32,000 nucleotides of DNA from Candidatus Saccharimonadota bacterium (GTDB lineage Archaea > Micrarchaeota > Micrarchaeia > Micrarchaeales > Micrarchaeaceae). The DNA lies in NCBI GenBank assembly GCA_963705375.1, contig OY970071.1, positions 900,001-932,000 on the forward strand. Direction: 5' to 3'. Below, in pieces: positions 8,906 through 17,315 of the stretch (its first letter is position 1; the number at the start of each line of letters is the position of its first letter). The notes below the pieces were generated by a model. It worked only from the letters and a program-made list of their open reading frames with translations. It did not search any database and was not told where the DNA came from. The position numbers were made by a program, and so were the translations under genes.

Positions 8906-9574
8906 CTATCTTCTCCTCTTTGCATTGTAACCTACAATTGCGTTATCAATAAGTTTGGCAACAGATGGTTGGAACTGTTCCGTCTCAAAATGGCTTTTAC
9001 CAAGTTTTAACCGCTGGCTGATTTCTACAAACATCTTAAACAGCTCAGCAAAAACCGTCTCTTCATTTTTAGGCGTCAAGTGCTTTTTAAAGAATGGTAA
9101 AGTATACTCTCTATCTATCGGGACAACTAGTTCAGGAAGGATAAAATGCAAAGTCTTGGAAGTGCCTACTATCTTTGAATCAGTTTTCATTATCTTTAAT
9201 TTGTGAAATATTGTTTGGAGAACTTTTTGAGTTTGATTCATCTGGTCCGGTTGCAATCTTTCTAAGGCTAGTCCATCCAAATTTAGTAGTTCACTTCTGC
9301 AACTATGGATACTCTCCTTGAAAGAGTCAAAATCTTGCATTTTTGCTCCGCGTTCACCCAGCCTGTGCATTCCCCACGAAGCCAGAGTCGCATAGGCGTA
9401 CTCATAGAAGTCTGGGTCATCTAGCACCTGCCTTAAAGATTTCCCATTATGACAACCAATTACTTTTGAATAGAAGTGCGTACTTGGCCCACTGAAATTT
9501 TTTATGCCTTGCTTTGCAAAATAATCAACGTTCTTGATAAGGTCAGCAATCCGTTCACCAACAACATCCCTCAT
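8906..9574 (-). CDS. Hypothetical protein (222 aa), casposon left-arm cargo
   Basis: Clean ORF, divergently transcribed from the wHTH gene. No motif could be assigned. Confidence 0.6.
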   Translation of the reverse strand: MRDVVGERIADLIKNVDYFAKQGIKNFSGPSTHFYSKVIGCHNGKSLRQVLDDPDFYEYAYATLASWGMHRLGERGAKMQDFDSFKESIHSCRSELLNLDGLALERLQPDQMNQTQKVLQTIFHKLKIMKTDSKIVGTSKTLHFILPELVVPIDREYTLPFFKKHLTPKNEETVFAELFKMFVEISQRLKLGKSHFETEQFQPSVAKLIDNAIVGYNAKRRR

Positions 9575-9671
9575 AGAGTGAATTTCGTGCTAATCTATTT
9601 AAGTGTATCTGAGTAAACCTTGAGTTTACTTTTAGATAACTAGAATATACGATTTTTCACATAAGTTTACC

Positions 9672-9935
9672 ATGGAAGATAAGAGGCTCGAACTTGTCCA
9701 CTTGGTAATGGAGCCGTACGTTTTAGATATGCTTCACGCCCTGGATAAACCGAAGAGATTCAGCGATCTCATTGCATATGTCAAAAACCGGAAGACTCTT
9801 TCGATAAAGTTGTCTAGGTTGCTCAAACATGAGCTTATCGAACATTTTCCACTGAAGGTTGAGAAGGGATATGCGAATTCCTACATAATCTCGAAGAAAG
9901 GAAGGAAACTTCTCAAAGGGCTTGAGAAAATTTAG
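9672..9935 (+). CDS. Small winged-helix (ArsR/HxlR-like) DNA-binding protein
   Basis: 87 aa. The pattern VLDMLHAL...KRFSDLIAYV...TLSIKLSRLLKHELIE...Y.IS.KGRKLL matches a wHTH topology. Confidence 0.65.
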   Translation: MEDKRLELVHLVMEPYVLDMLHALDKPKRFSDLIAYVKNRKTLSIKLSRLLKHELIEHFPLKVEKGYANSYIISKKGRKLLKGLEKI

Positions 9936-9951
9936 CAGTAGTATTCAAAGC

Positions 9952-10125
9952 TTAATCCCAAGGCAGTCTACACTTGTACAATATGCCTCCACAGCGAATA
10001 CAGATATGCTTGTGATTCTTGGGACCCACCGTAGTGATACAGTAATGAAAGTCGGTCTCTTTGCAAGTGCACTTCTTATCTGGTATCAAATTTTTATTTT
10101 TTATATACTCACCTTTTATCATCAT
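9952..10125 (-). CDS. Small zinc-ribbon protein (57 aa), translationally coupled to casposon PolB
   Basis: CxC ... CxxC cysteine pairs (KKCTCKE, ICIRCGG). Its ATG at 10125-10123 overlaps the PolB TGA stop (ATGA). The longer 78-aa form in the ORF track would overlap polB by 67 nt. Confidence 0.5.
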   Translation of the reverse strand: MMIKGEYIKNKNLIPDKKCTCKETDFHYCITTVGPKNHKHICIRCGGILYKCRLPWD

Positions 10126-12776
10126 AGTAAACCCAGCAGCTTTAGCGTCTTCCTCTTGAATTTTGGCACCTTGCCATCCTTCAGGCATCTTTTTATGTAA
10201 CTATACTGCCATCTTTTCATTCCTAGCTGTTTTGCCTCTTCTTTTGTAAGTGTTTCTATCCTTTTCATTAACTTCTGTTCGAGATTTTTGTCATAGTAGA
10301 CATAATCATCACTTTTTACACCAACAACTTCCGCTTCTTCCAAATTATTAGACTCCTTACCACAGTAATTGATATTACTAATATTGATGTGCCTAGGACT
10401 GAGAATCCCAATTCCTCCCTGTTGTTTCTTCTCTTCGTGATTTACGTACTCAAAAAACAACTCATCGGTTGGTTTCCAATAAGCTTCCGTGTGTTTATTG
10501 TAGAGTTTACCATTTTTGTAGTCAATAAATGGCTGATATTTTACTGTACTATAATCTTTTGTAAAAGGCAACATTGGTATAATTGGTTCTCTTGTTATGC
10601 TGTCAAGACGATAACTTACCCCTAGGGTTATAAAATTTCGTGGTTTGATCTGGTGCTTAAGATCTTTGGCTTTATTGATTCTATTAAAACGTTTCATTAA
10701 AAATGGAGATGTAATAGCTAATTGTCCTGCTACAATGAAATTGTTATAATTAAACTCTATGTAATTGTCTTTTACAAGGCCACTATTGTATTTTATAATA
10801 TCCATCCAAAACTTCTCTTCCCATCCCTCCGGCATAGACTTTATCCCTCCCAATCCATGACTTGAATGTTTGAATATTGTAATCTTTCCATTTTCTTGCT
10901 TGTATAAACAATATCTCTTAGAACTTATTCCTAGAAATAGAACATTATCTAGTAGTTCTCCGTTGTTGCCTCTTTCTACTTTGAACATTTCAACATCTTT
11001 ATTGTAAGGATTAAGTGGTTTAAAAAATGCCTGAACAGGTTTCACTGCAGAAGGACTTATGAAGATCGCATCACAATCTTCATAAAAATACGACCAGCTG
11101 TTCCTCTCAACAAATACCTCCGTCATCGTTAAGACGAGCCTAGCGCCTGATGTTAGTAGAGTTGACACTAGGGGGTTAAACATCTTGCCATAATGCTCTG
11201 TTTTCTTTACCTTTGCTTTAAAACTTTCGAGCCCATAAACAGTCACCTCAGCGGATTCTAATTTTGTTGAGGTCTCTATTCCCACCCCGTACAATGAGTT
11301 AGCCATTATCTTACAGACATGCTGCTCGGTTCTCAGTTGCTCGTTATTGGGATCTAATTTCAGTTTTTCCTTTACTTCTAGTCTATGCTCTATTAGTAAT
11401 TTTATAAAATCAGTAGTTCTTGGATCTACACAAAGGCCAAAAAGTTTGGTTGGTTTTAGCGTTGGTTGTAATCCTACAGGTAAGAATCTATATGCCTTAA
11501 TTATCTTGGGTGCTTTTCCAGTTTTGATCTTAGATGCAATTATGTCTGCATAGGTGTACCATAGTTGTTTACCGCTTAAGTAAGCCATCCCTATGTTATG
11601 TGTGATCTTTCCTCCAAAACGGCTTCTTATTGGGAAATAATCTTCATTTAACTCTACTAATCCAATTCCTTGTAAATTAGACCAGACATTTTTGTTTGTT
11701 AAATCTTCAAGCTTTATATCATCTACAAAGTTCTGAAACTTGTCATCTTCTTTGACATCAATGTGATCGGCGATGATATATGACCACAATTGTTGTGAAA
11801 TTAGCTGGCTTGGATACATCGATAAATAGTCAATATAAGTGGCGTTTACGGTTTGCTTGCGCACATGAACAGCGACCTTAGCCCCATAAAAACTACTTAA
11901 TACGAAACCCAACATTGACCTTGAAAACTCTTTATTTTGATCCAAAAACGAATGTATGCCCATAGAGGTGCAGTATGCCTTTAGCAGACTCGCGGTTGAC
12001 GACAACTTATGCGGATAAAGTGGAATATCGTAATCATTTATTTTTCCCAGTAGTGCCTTGAATAACAGGTAGGAAATGTTTACGTCGTTAATATTGTACG
12101 ATATCAGCTTGGAATTCACCACACCATAAGTCTCAATCTTCGATTTAAGAGGAACTCCAAAATGTCGGCACGCCGATTCGAGCGAATGAGACGCATTTGT
12201 AAGCACCCATGTCAACGTACGTAAATCGCAAAAACTTCCCGAATAATTATTTCTTGTTTTTCTATTTTTGGAATAAGGAGATACAAAATTGATAAAACTT
12301 CGCTTAGAGTCCAAACTCTTCAAAAAAATTCTTGGTTTATATTTGTCATTTGAAATTTTCAGTGAGAAGGCCTCTCTATCATGTTTTTTTGAAGTGCCCC
12401 AACTTAAGCAGACCCTACAAAGATCGAATCCAATGTTAAATCCGCATATCAGGGCACGTCTATAAAAGCCCCAAGTTATCAGTTTATCAGAAAATTCGTC
12501 CCTGTTCATTAGCGGTATCTTATGTTCGATGGCATATGATTTCAATATGGCATATTCGTTTGGTTTTAAGTCACCGTGGAATAATCCTTTCTCAATAAGA
12601 ACATCATTATTCCAAACTCCATAATATCCTATCAACAAGTTTTGGTACTCGTCTACCGAACTCTCAACATCAAAGCAAAACACAGTATTGTTATCGTAAT
12701 AATCCTCTCTATTATACTGATTATGTGTCTTGCCGTCATCGACGTAACATCTCAGTATGGCATTCGCATTTTCCAT
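10122..12776 (-). CDS. polB: Casposon family-B DNA polymerase (protein-primed-type PolB by context)
   Basis: 884 aa. Exo I is FCFDVES and Exo II is YNINDV. Motif A is YIDYLSMYPS, motif B is KIMANSLYGV, motif C is the variant YEDCDAIF, and KxY is SKRYCLY. It is highly divergent from the host PolB at 1415-3862. Confidence 0.9.
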   Translation of the reverse strand: MENANAILRCYVDDGKTHNQYNREDYYDNNTVFCFDVESSVDEYQNLLIGYYGVWNNDVLIEKGLFHGDLKPNEYAILKSYAIEHKIPLMNRDEFSDKLITWGFYRRALICGFNIGFDLCRVCLSWGTSKKHDREAFSLKISNDKYKPRIFLKSLDSKRSFINFVSPYSKNRKTRNNYSGSFCDLRTLTWVLTNASHSLESACRHFGVPLKSKIETYGVVNSKLISYNINDVNISYLLFKALLGKINDYDIPLYPHKLSSTASLLKAYCTSMGIHSFLDQNKEFSRSMLGFVLSSFYGAKVAVHVRKQTVNATYIDYLSMYPSQLISQQLWSYIIADHIDVKEDDKFQNFVDDIKLEDLTNKNVWSNLQGIGLVELNEDYFPIRSRFGGKITHNIGMAYLSGKQLWYTYADIIASKIKTGKAPKIIKAYRFLPVGLQPTLKPTKLFGLCVDPRTTDFIKLLIEHRLEVKEKLKLDPNNEQLRTEQHVCKIMANSLYGVGIETSTKLESAEVTVYGLESFKAKVKKTEHYGKMFNPLVSTLLTSGARLVLTMTEVFVERNSWSYFYEDCDAIFISPSAVKPVQAFFKPLNPYNKDVEMFKVERGNNGELLDNVLFLGISSKRYCLYKQENGKITIFKHSSHGLGGIKSMPEGWEEKFWMDIIKYNSGLVKDNYIEFNYNNFIVAGQLAITSPFLMKRFNRINKAKDLKHQIKPRNFITLGVSYRLDSITREPIIPMLPFTKDYSTVKYQPFIDYKNGKLYNKHTEAYWKPTDELFFEYVNHEEKKQQGGIGILSPRHINISNINYCGKESNNLEEAEVVGVKSDDYVYYDKNLEQKLMKRIETLTKEEAKQLGMKRWQYSYIKRCLKDGKVPKFKRKTLKLLGLL

Positions 12777-13054
12777 TACATCTCCTGATAACGTTTAATT
12801 GGGTTTGAGAGGGAGTCTGCAAGCAGACGATAGTCCCTAATCCCTGTCTTGAAGTGTTTCTCAATGAAAATCTCCTGTATGCCTTGAAGGATGAAGGAAC
12901 TCTTCAGATTTTCAGGGTTGTTTTTCGAGTTCCAGGCATCATTCCAAAGCAGCTGGCGTATGCTAATGTGGATATGGCAATCAACACAGAGGGTGACTGT
13001 GATCTCGGAGTTGCACCTGCCCGCGATGTGGTGATTCTCTAGTCGATGAAGCAT
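12776..13054 (-). CDS. HNH endonuclease
   Basis: 92 aa with ENHHIAGR ... TLCVDCH (HNH core with a Cys/His zinc site). Its TAA stop overlaps the PolB ATG by 1 nt (TAATG). Confidence 0.8.
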   Translation of the reverse strand: MLHRLENHHIAGRCNSEITVTLCVDCHIHISIRQLLWNDAWNSKNNPENLKSSFILQGIQEIFIEKHFKTGIRDYRLLADSLSNPIKRYQEM

Positions 13055-13209
13055 CTCTTATCCCTCTTTTTTGGATTTTTAGCGAAAATTCGCTTTACGT
13101 CCGCTATTGCCTTATTCACAATGTCTCTATCCAGCTGTTCTTTCTCAGCAGCCAGGAAGAATCTCTGGGTTACTTCAGTGAGCAGTTCCTCGTTCTTCTT
13201 GGATAGCAT
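13039..13209 (-). CDS. Small hypothetical protein (56 aa)
   Basis: The internal Met of track ORF 13039..13347 begins 5 nt after the stop of the upstream 198-aa gene. The charged helical sequence MLSKKNEELLTEVTQRFF... looks coding, whereas the 5' part of the longer ORF overlaps the neighbouring gene out of frame. Confidence 0.45.
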   Translation of the reverse strand: MLSKKNEELLTEVTQRFFLAAEKEQLDRDIVNKAIADVKRIFAKNPKKRDKRCFID

Positions 13210-13213
13210 GCTC

Positions 13214-13810
13214 TCACGTAGTCTCGTAGACAGAGTAAAATTCTGGTTGCTCGATACGTTCATACATGGCGACCAGCACTTTTGGATTGGTTTCAAAAGC
13301 ATGGAAATCGCCACTGCTATCAACCACCCCCTGCCCATTGTAGCCATTAAGCGGCCCTAGCTCGCCATTTTGAAGGTAGGCCCTTACCGCGTCATGGTAC
13401 TGTGCGAGCCTTGTAGCCTCCCTAGAATCGCTTAATTCAACAAACACGTCCTTGCCTAGCTCGTTAGTACGCATGTTCCTAAGCAGGTGATCGTGCTTCT
13501 TGGGCTTAATTCTATTATTTTTCTTATATAATGCGATAGAAATATGCTTGCGAACCGTACGTGGATCAATTTTTGAATTTTTGCAACAAAGTGTGTAAGA
13601 GTCACCGGCCCTCATCATCGCCAATACCCGATATGACTTGTCTCTCTGAACTTTCTGGGCTATTGACAGCTCGTGCAAGTGTTTAACGTAGAGCCTGAGT
13701 TTGCGTCTCCTGTGCTTAGCCCTAACTTTGGGCTTAAATCTTCTCAAGCGGGATTGGGGGCCTGAGCCCCCTCTCCTGACCTTATATGTCAAGGTCGCCA
13801 TCATCTTCAC
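13214..13810 (-). CDS. Hypothetical protein (198 aa) with a highly basic N-terminus, possible HTH
   Basis: Long ORF inside the minus-strand operon. Its Arg/Lys-rich N-terminal 45 aa suggest nucleic-acid binding. No family recognised. Confidence 0.6.
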   Translation of the reverse strand: MKMMATLTYKVRRGGSGPQSRLRRFKPKVRAKHRRRKLRLYVKHLHELSIAQKVQRDKSYRVLAMMRAGDSYTLCCKNSKIDPRTVRKHISIALYKKNNRIKPKKHDHLLRNMRTNELGKDVFVELSDSREATRLAQYHDAVRAYLQNGELGPLNGYNGQGVVDSSGDFHAFETNPKVLVAMYERIEQPEFYSVYETT

Positions 13811-14207
13811 TTTCCTTCGCGTACTTCCCTATGTTTTGGGATAGTACGGTCAGCACCGCCTCATTCTCACTGCAGCCTAGCTTCTCGGCCATCTTGGAGA
13901 TTTGCCCCTTCAGAGCGTCAGGTACGCGAACATATCCTGCCGTTGCCGTGCTCTTGGTCGTGTTATCCTTCCAGTCCATCACTGAGACTAGAAGAGGCAC
14001 GGGGGACCACAGAACTAATTGATACTTTAAGAGCACCTTCAACCTTCTGTATGCCTGCTCCTTTTCTTGTTCTGAGGCGTCCCAGGAACCATCTAAAAGC
14101 TGCAGATAGCTCTGGATCATGTCTGTTACCTGCTGACTGCCTTGACGTTGGCCAGTTTGGTCTGGCTTTACCCCGGATTGCTCCGGTTCTGTCTTTATTG
14201 GTTGCAT
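13782..14207 (-). CDS. Hypothetical protein (141 aa) with a C-terminal ribbon-helix-helix-like segment
   Basis: The C-terminal GYVRVPDALKGQISKMAEKLGCSENEAVLTVLSQNI resembles an RHH (CopG/Arc) beta-alpha-alpha unit. GGTGA lies 6 nt upstream of the ATG. It is the first gene of the operon that ends with polB and the zinc ribbon. Confidence 0.55.
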   Translation of the reverse strand: MQPIKTEPEQSGVKPDQTGQRQGSQQVTDMIQSYLQLLDGSWDASEQEKEQAYRRLKVLLKYQLVLWSPVPLLVSVMDWKDNTTKSTATAGYVRVPDALKGQISKMAEKLGCSENEAVLTVLSQNIGKYAKESEDDGDLDI

Positions 14208-14300
14208 TTTTTCACCGATATACTTATTAGAACCTACTAATTACCGTCGAAGTCCTCTCAGCGAAGCGATTCGTCGATATCACTACGCTGAAAGAAGTGG

Positions 14301-14310
14301 GTATTTAAAA
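14301..14310 (+). promoter_or_regulatory. Candidate TATA box for the 373-aa/591-aa gene pair
   Basis: gtatttaaaa lies about 22-31 nt upstream of the ATG at 14332, which would give a leaderless or near-leaderless archaeal transcript. Confidence 0.3.
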
Positions 14311-14331
14311 CTCTGGAAACAATACATATTC

Positions 14332-15453
14332 ATGAAAAAATACCTGCCTGACTGGCGAAGGAAGCGAGTAGAAGAAAATAAAATGAGGATACTGACTTTG
14401 TTTTTCGAACAATCTGAAGAAATTGGCACAGACGGGACAATGAAACTTAAACCACTATCAATGAAATGGAGCGACATTAAAAAATTAGCGCTGAAAGAAG
14501 GCATAAAAAGCGATTCTGGTCTTAGCAAAATTCTGTTTGCTTTAAAGAATGAGGGTAAACTTTTACATGATGAGCACCTGCAATGGAAACCTACGATTAT
14601 GGCTATAGAAGAGGCACAAAAGACCATTTGGTATATAGTCAAAACACTACAAGAGTTAAAAGCCAACGAAGCCTATTATTTGCATGGTGGAGATCCTTTT
14701 GGATCATTTAAATTCGGTTTCAGTACCGATAATATAATCGATTTTAGGTTGGATAATGCCGTTGCCAAAAACGCTGAGCTAATGTCCCCGAAAATCAACG
14801 TCATAACCGCCATGACTAAAAGCTTGCAGGATTATGCTTTTGACTTACTGATAGACAATATTAAAAATAATACCCTAAATGTCAACGATTTTAAGAGTGG
14901 CAAGACTATACAAGCCATAGAGATAGATTGGGATAAATTCAGGGAGGAATTTAAACGAATCCAACGCTTTATTGAGGACATCAATTCCCCAGACAACACT
15001 CAAGATGATGTACTTTCTGATCCCCTACTGAACTTGGATAGCCAAAGACGGGACATATTAAACAACTTATGGTTTCTTGTCTACTTCTCATCTAAGATTG
15101 GAGATGCCAAATTTAAAAGAAAACTAACATTTTTCTTGAATATATTCACACAAAGTGAAGATTTCTATGAAATCACTAAAGTAAGTTCCAAATCACTCGA
15201 AACGCTTATACGCTATCTAGGAACGAACAAGGATCCTTTGAAAGACCAAGCGCTGGTAAAAGACCTAATAGTACTGGATTCCACTGGATTTGGATATACG
15301 GACATTTCGGGTAGATACAGCATAGCGATGATGTTATCCAAGTTTGGTGACTCTTCATTTATGGAAAAGGTTGAGGAATTCGATAACAGACTAAGAGAAT
15401 TAAAAATCAAAAGGTTAAATGAGAAAATAGTAGCCTCAAAAACAGAGTCATAG
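14332..15453 (+). CDS. Hypothetical protein (373 aa), N-terminal wHTH-like segment, no catalytic motif seen
   Basis: Clean AT-rich ORF. The N-terminal RILTLFFEQ...LSKILFALKNEGKLL resembles a winged helix. A co-oriented ORF follows 38 nt downstream. Confidence 0.65.
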   Translation: MKKYLPDWRRKRVEENKMRILTLFFEQSEEIGTDGTMKLKPLSMKWSDIKKLALKEGIKSDSGLSKILFALKNEGKLLHDEHLQWKPTIMAIEEAQKTIWYIVKTLQELKANEAYYLHGGDPFGSFKFGFSTDNIIDFRLDNAVAKNAELMSPKINVITAMTKSLQDYAFDLLIDNIKNNTLNVNDFKSGKTIQAIEIDWDKFREEFKRIQRFIEDINSPDNTQDDVLSDPLLNLDSQRRDILNNLWFLVYFSSKIGDAKFKRKLTFFLNIFTQSEDFYEITKVSSKSLETLIRYLGTNKDPLKDQALVKDLIVLDSTGFGYTDISGRYSIAMMLSKFGDSSFMEKVEEFDNRLRELKIKRLNEKIVASKTES

Positions 15454-15491
15454 TTGAGTAACTCAGGGAAAACATAAAAATTGGTGATAGC

Positions 15492-17267
15492 GTGGAAGAT
15501 AAAAAGGAAGCAGCTGGTTGGCCATCTTCATATGACTTTTTCTATTATGATTCGAAGGTATTTGAAAAGGCCCTTTCCATTAGGAAAAAGGTATTGGAAA
15601 ATGCGAATTCAAACTTGATTTACGGATATATTTACTTGTTAGAGCTGCTGATTAGCGCAATAGCCCAACACGTAGAAGACCTTCCAAACAATATGCAAAA
15701 ATTTGAGATTATTCATTGGGGTAGGTTCGATTTAGGCAGCCGAGAAATGCAAGAAATCGCAAAGAATGATGAATATTTCAGATTGGTTCTTGTCTTGAAT
15801 AGAAGACGTAGAAACTTGTCTAACTTGCTGCATGCTCTGCTGGGAGCCGACAATCCAGATATAAGGAAGGGATTGGAAGTCTCTCTAGAAGCACTTGATG
15901 TTTTAATTAAGGAAATAAATTCCAAAGTGATAGAATTTTATAATCCCAAGAGAATAGGAGAAGTAGACGAAGTTAACGAGAGACTGATGATACTTAACTG
16001 GTTTCTCAACACCGTTTTATACGAAGGTCCTAGACCTTTCTTTAGCACAATGACTGATTCTATTGCTTTTAGTTACAGACCGCTCCCTCAGTATCTTGAC
16101 GGCTTTAAGTTTTGTTTGGAAGATATCTTAATTTGGTTAACTAGTAGTAAGAGTAATGAAACAATAGAAAGTAATCTCAAAGAATTTCAAACTTGGAAAG
16201 ATTCACATAGTTTCTGGGTAACTATGGTCGATGCATTCACTCGTGGCATTGAACTTAAACGACTTTTTGAGATAACGATTCCAGAAGAGCAATCCAAGAA
16301 TCTGATTGATGTTAAAAAAATAACTGATAAACATCAGCTAAATGTGCTTTTCAGAGGCAGAGGAATAAAGGCAATAACTGTTTTTGAAAATATTTTGGAA
16401 AGCGATAATGATGTGTTAGAAAGATTATTCACAGATGCATTGCAAGGAAATCTGCTTTTGAATGAACCCAAAGCTGAAATAATCGAGTTTAAGGAGTTGA
16501 AAAACTACAAAGAAGGATGGGGATGGGAGTATCACTATACTTATGCTTTATATGTTCCAATGCACGGATTTATTGGTGACGCCTCGAGTTGGCTGATCTT
16601 CCCTAGCTTGACAGTTGAAACGGACCAAGAGGACGATTATTTCAGAACAAACTTGCAAGACATTGTAAAAGATCATGAGGATGAGATACAATTTAGTGAA
16701 TATGAGATCAAAACAGGACTAATTGAGAGTTACATAGCTGAAAAGGATCGTGCAACAATTCGAAAATTGTGGGTTGAAAGAAGATTAGATTCTAGCAGGG
16801 GGTTGCTCGCTGAATTTTTAGCTTATTTCTATCTCTGGGATGGGTATGGCGCCAAACTCATTGAATTTCATAAAGAAGTGGACAGAACTGAAATTGATGT
16901 TGTTGGAGAAGATGACACTTCTCGTTATATCATACAGGCTAAAAATTCGCTCACCCTCAGAAAGGAAAAATTAGTAAAAGAGATAGAACAAATCACAAAA
17001 CAATTTGCAATAGTTGAGAAAAAGTATACTGTTTCAGATAAGTCTACAAGAAAAATACTTTTTGTGGTGGATTGGGCTTGGGATGCGGAAGATCCTGGTG
17101 AGGATCGTGACGAAAATGTTATAGAGGCATATGGAGTTGCTCAGCAAATGCTAGGAAAAGACAATATTCAGCTTGTTATCTACGCTGATATAAAGAATAT
17201 CGTGAGCCGTAGGCATAAGGATTTCGTTGAAAAATCAAACAGTGTATTTGATTTAATCGATAAATAG
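15492..17267 (+). CDS. Hypothetical protein (591 aa) with a C-terminal PD-(D/E)XK-like nuclease core
   Basis: GTG start. Residues ~436-500 (nt ~16797-16992) read LLAEFLAYF...EIDVVGEDDTSRYIIQAKNS, giving E441 ... D469 ... Q482-x-K484, the pattern of restriction-endonuclease-fold nucleases. The ~430-aa N-terminal region is unassigned. Confidence 0.6.
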   Translation: MEDKKEAAGWPSSYDFFYYDSKVFEKALSIRKKVLENANSNLIYGYIYLLELLISAIAQHVEDLPNNMQKFEIIHWGRFDLGSREMQEIAKNDEYFRLVLVLNRRRRNLSNLLHALLGADNPDIRKGLEVSLEALDVLIKEINSKVIEFYNPKRIGEVDEVNERLMILNWFLNTVLYEGPRPFFSTMTDSIAFSYRPLPQYLDGFKFCLEDILIWLTSSKSNETIESNLKEFQTWKDSHSFWVTMVDAFTRGIELKRLFEITIPEEQSKNLIDVKKITDKHQLNVLFRGRGIKAITVFENILESDNDVLERLFTDALQGNLLLNEPKAEIIEFKELKNYKEGWGWEYHYTYALYVPMHGFIGDASSWLIFPSLTVETDQEDDYFRTNLQDIVKDHEDEIQFSEYEIKTGLIESYIAEKDRATIRKLWVERRLDSSRGLLAEFLAYFYLWDGYGAKLIEFHKEVDRTEIDVVGEDDTSRYIIQAKNSLTLRKEKLVKEIEQITKQFAIVEKKYTVSDKSTRKILFVVDWAWDAEDPGEDRDENVIEAYGVAQQMLGKDNIQLVIYADIKNIVSRRHKDFVEKSNSVFDLIDK

Positions 17268-17315
17268 TAGCTTAAGGCAAGTTAACATAAAACTCTGATA
17301 AACTTCTTTTGTGCT

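Noticed and set aside
9952-10188. Full 78-aa form of the small minus-strand ORF
   Set aside because: Its first 21 codons overlap the polB 3' end out of frame. The internal ATG at 10125 forms an ATGA junction with the polB stop, so the shorter 57-aa form was reported.
10122-12776. Second family-B polymerase as a host polB paralogue (PolB2/B3)
   Set aside because: It sits inside the TIR-bounded AT-rich element, is operonic with an HNH nuclease, and is very divergent from the host enzyme at 1415-3862. The casposon polymerase explanation is more parsimonious.
13039-13347. Full 102-aa form of the ORF downstream of the 198-aa gene
   Set aside because: Its 5' 46 codons overlap 13214..13810 in another frame and read as hydrophobic nonsense. 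Only the part starting at the internal Met (13209) looks coding.
14283-14666. 127-aa minus-strand ORF
   Set aside because: It is antisense to the 5' part of the 373-aa gene and covers the divergent promoter. The translation is Cys/Ser/Phe-rich, as expected for the reverse strand of an AT-rich gene.
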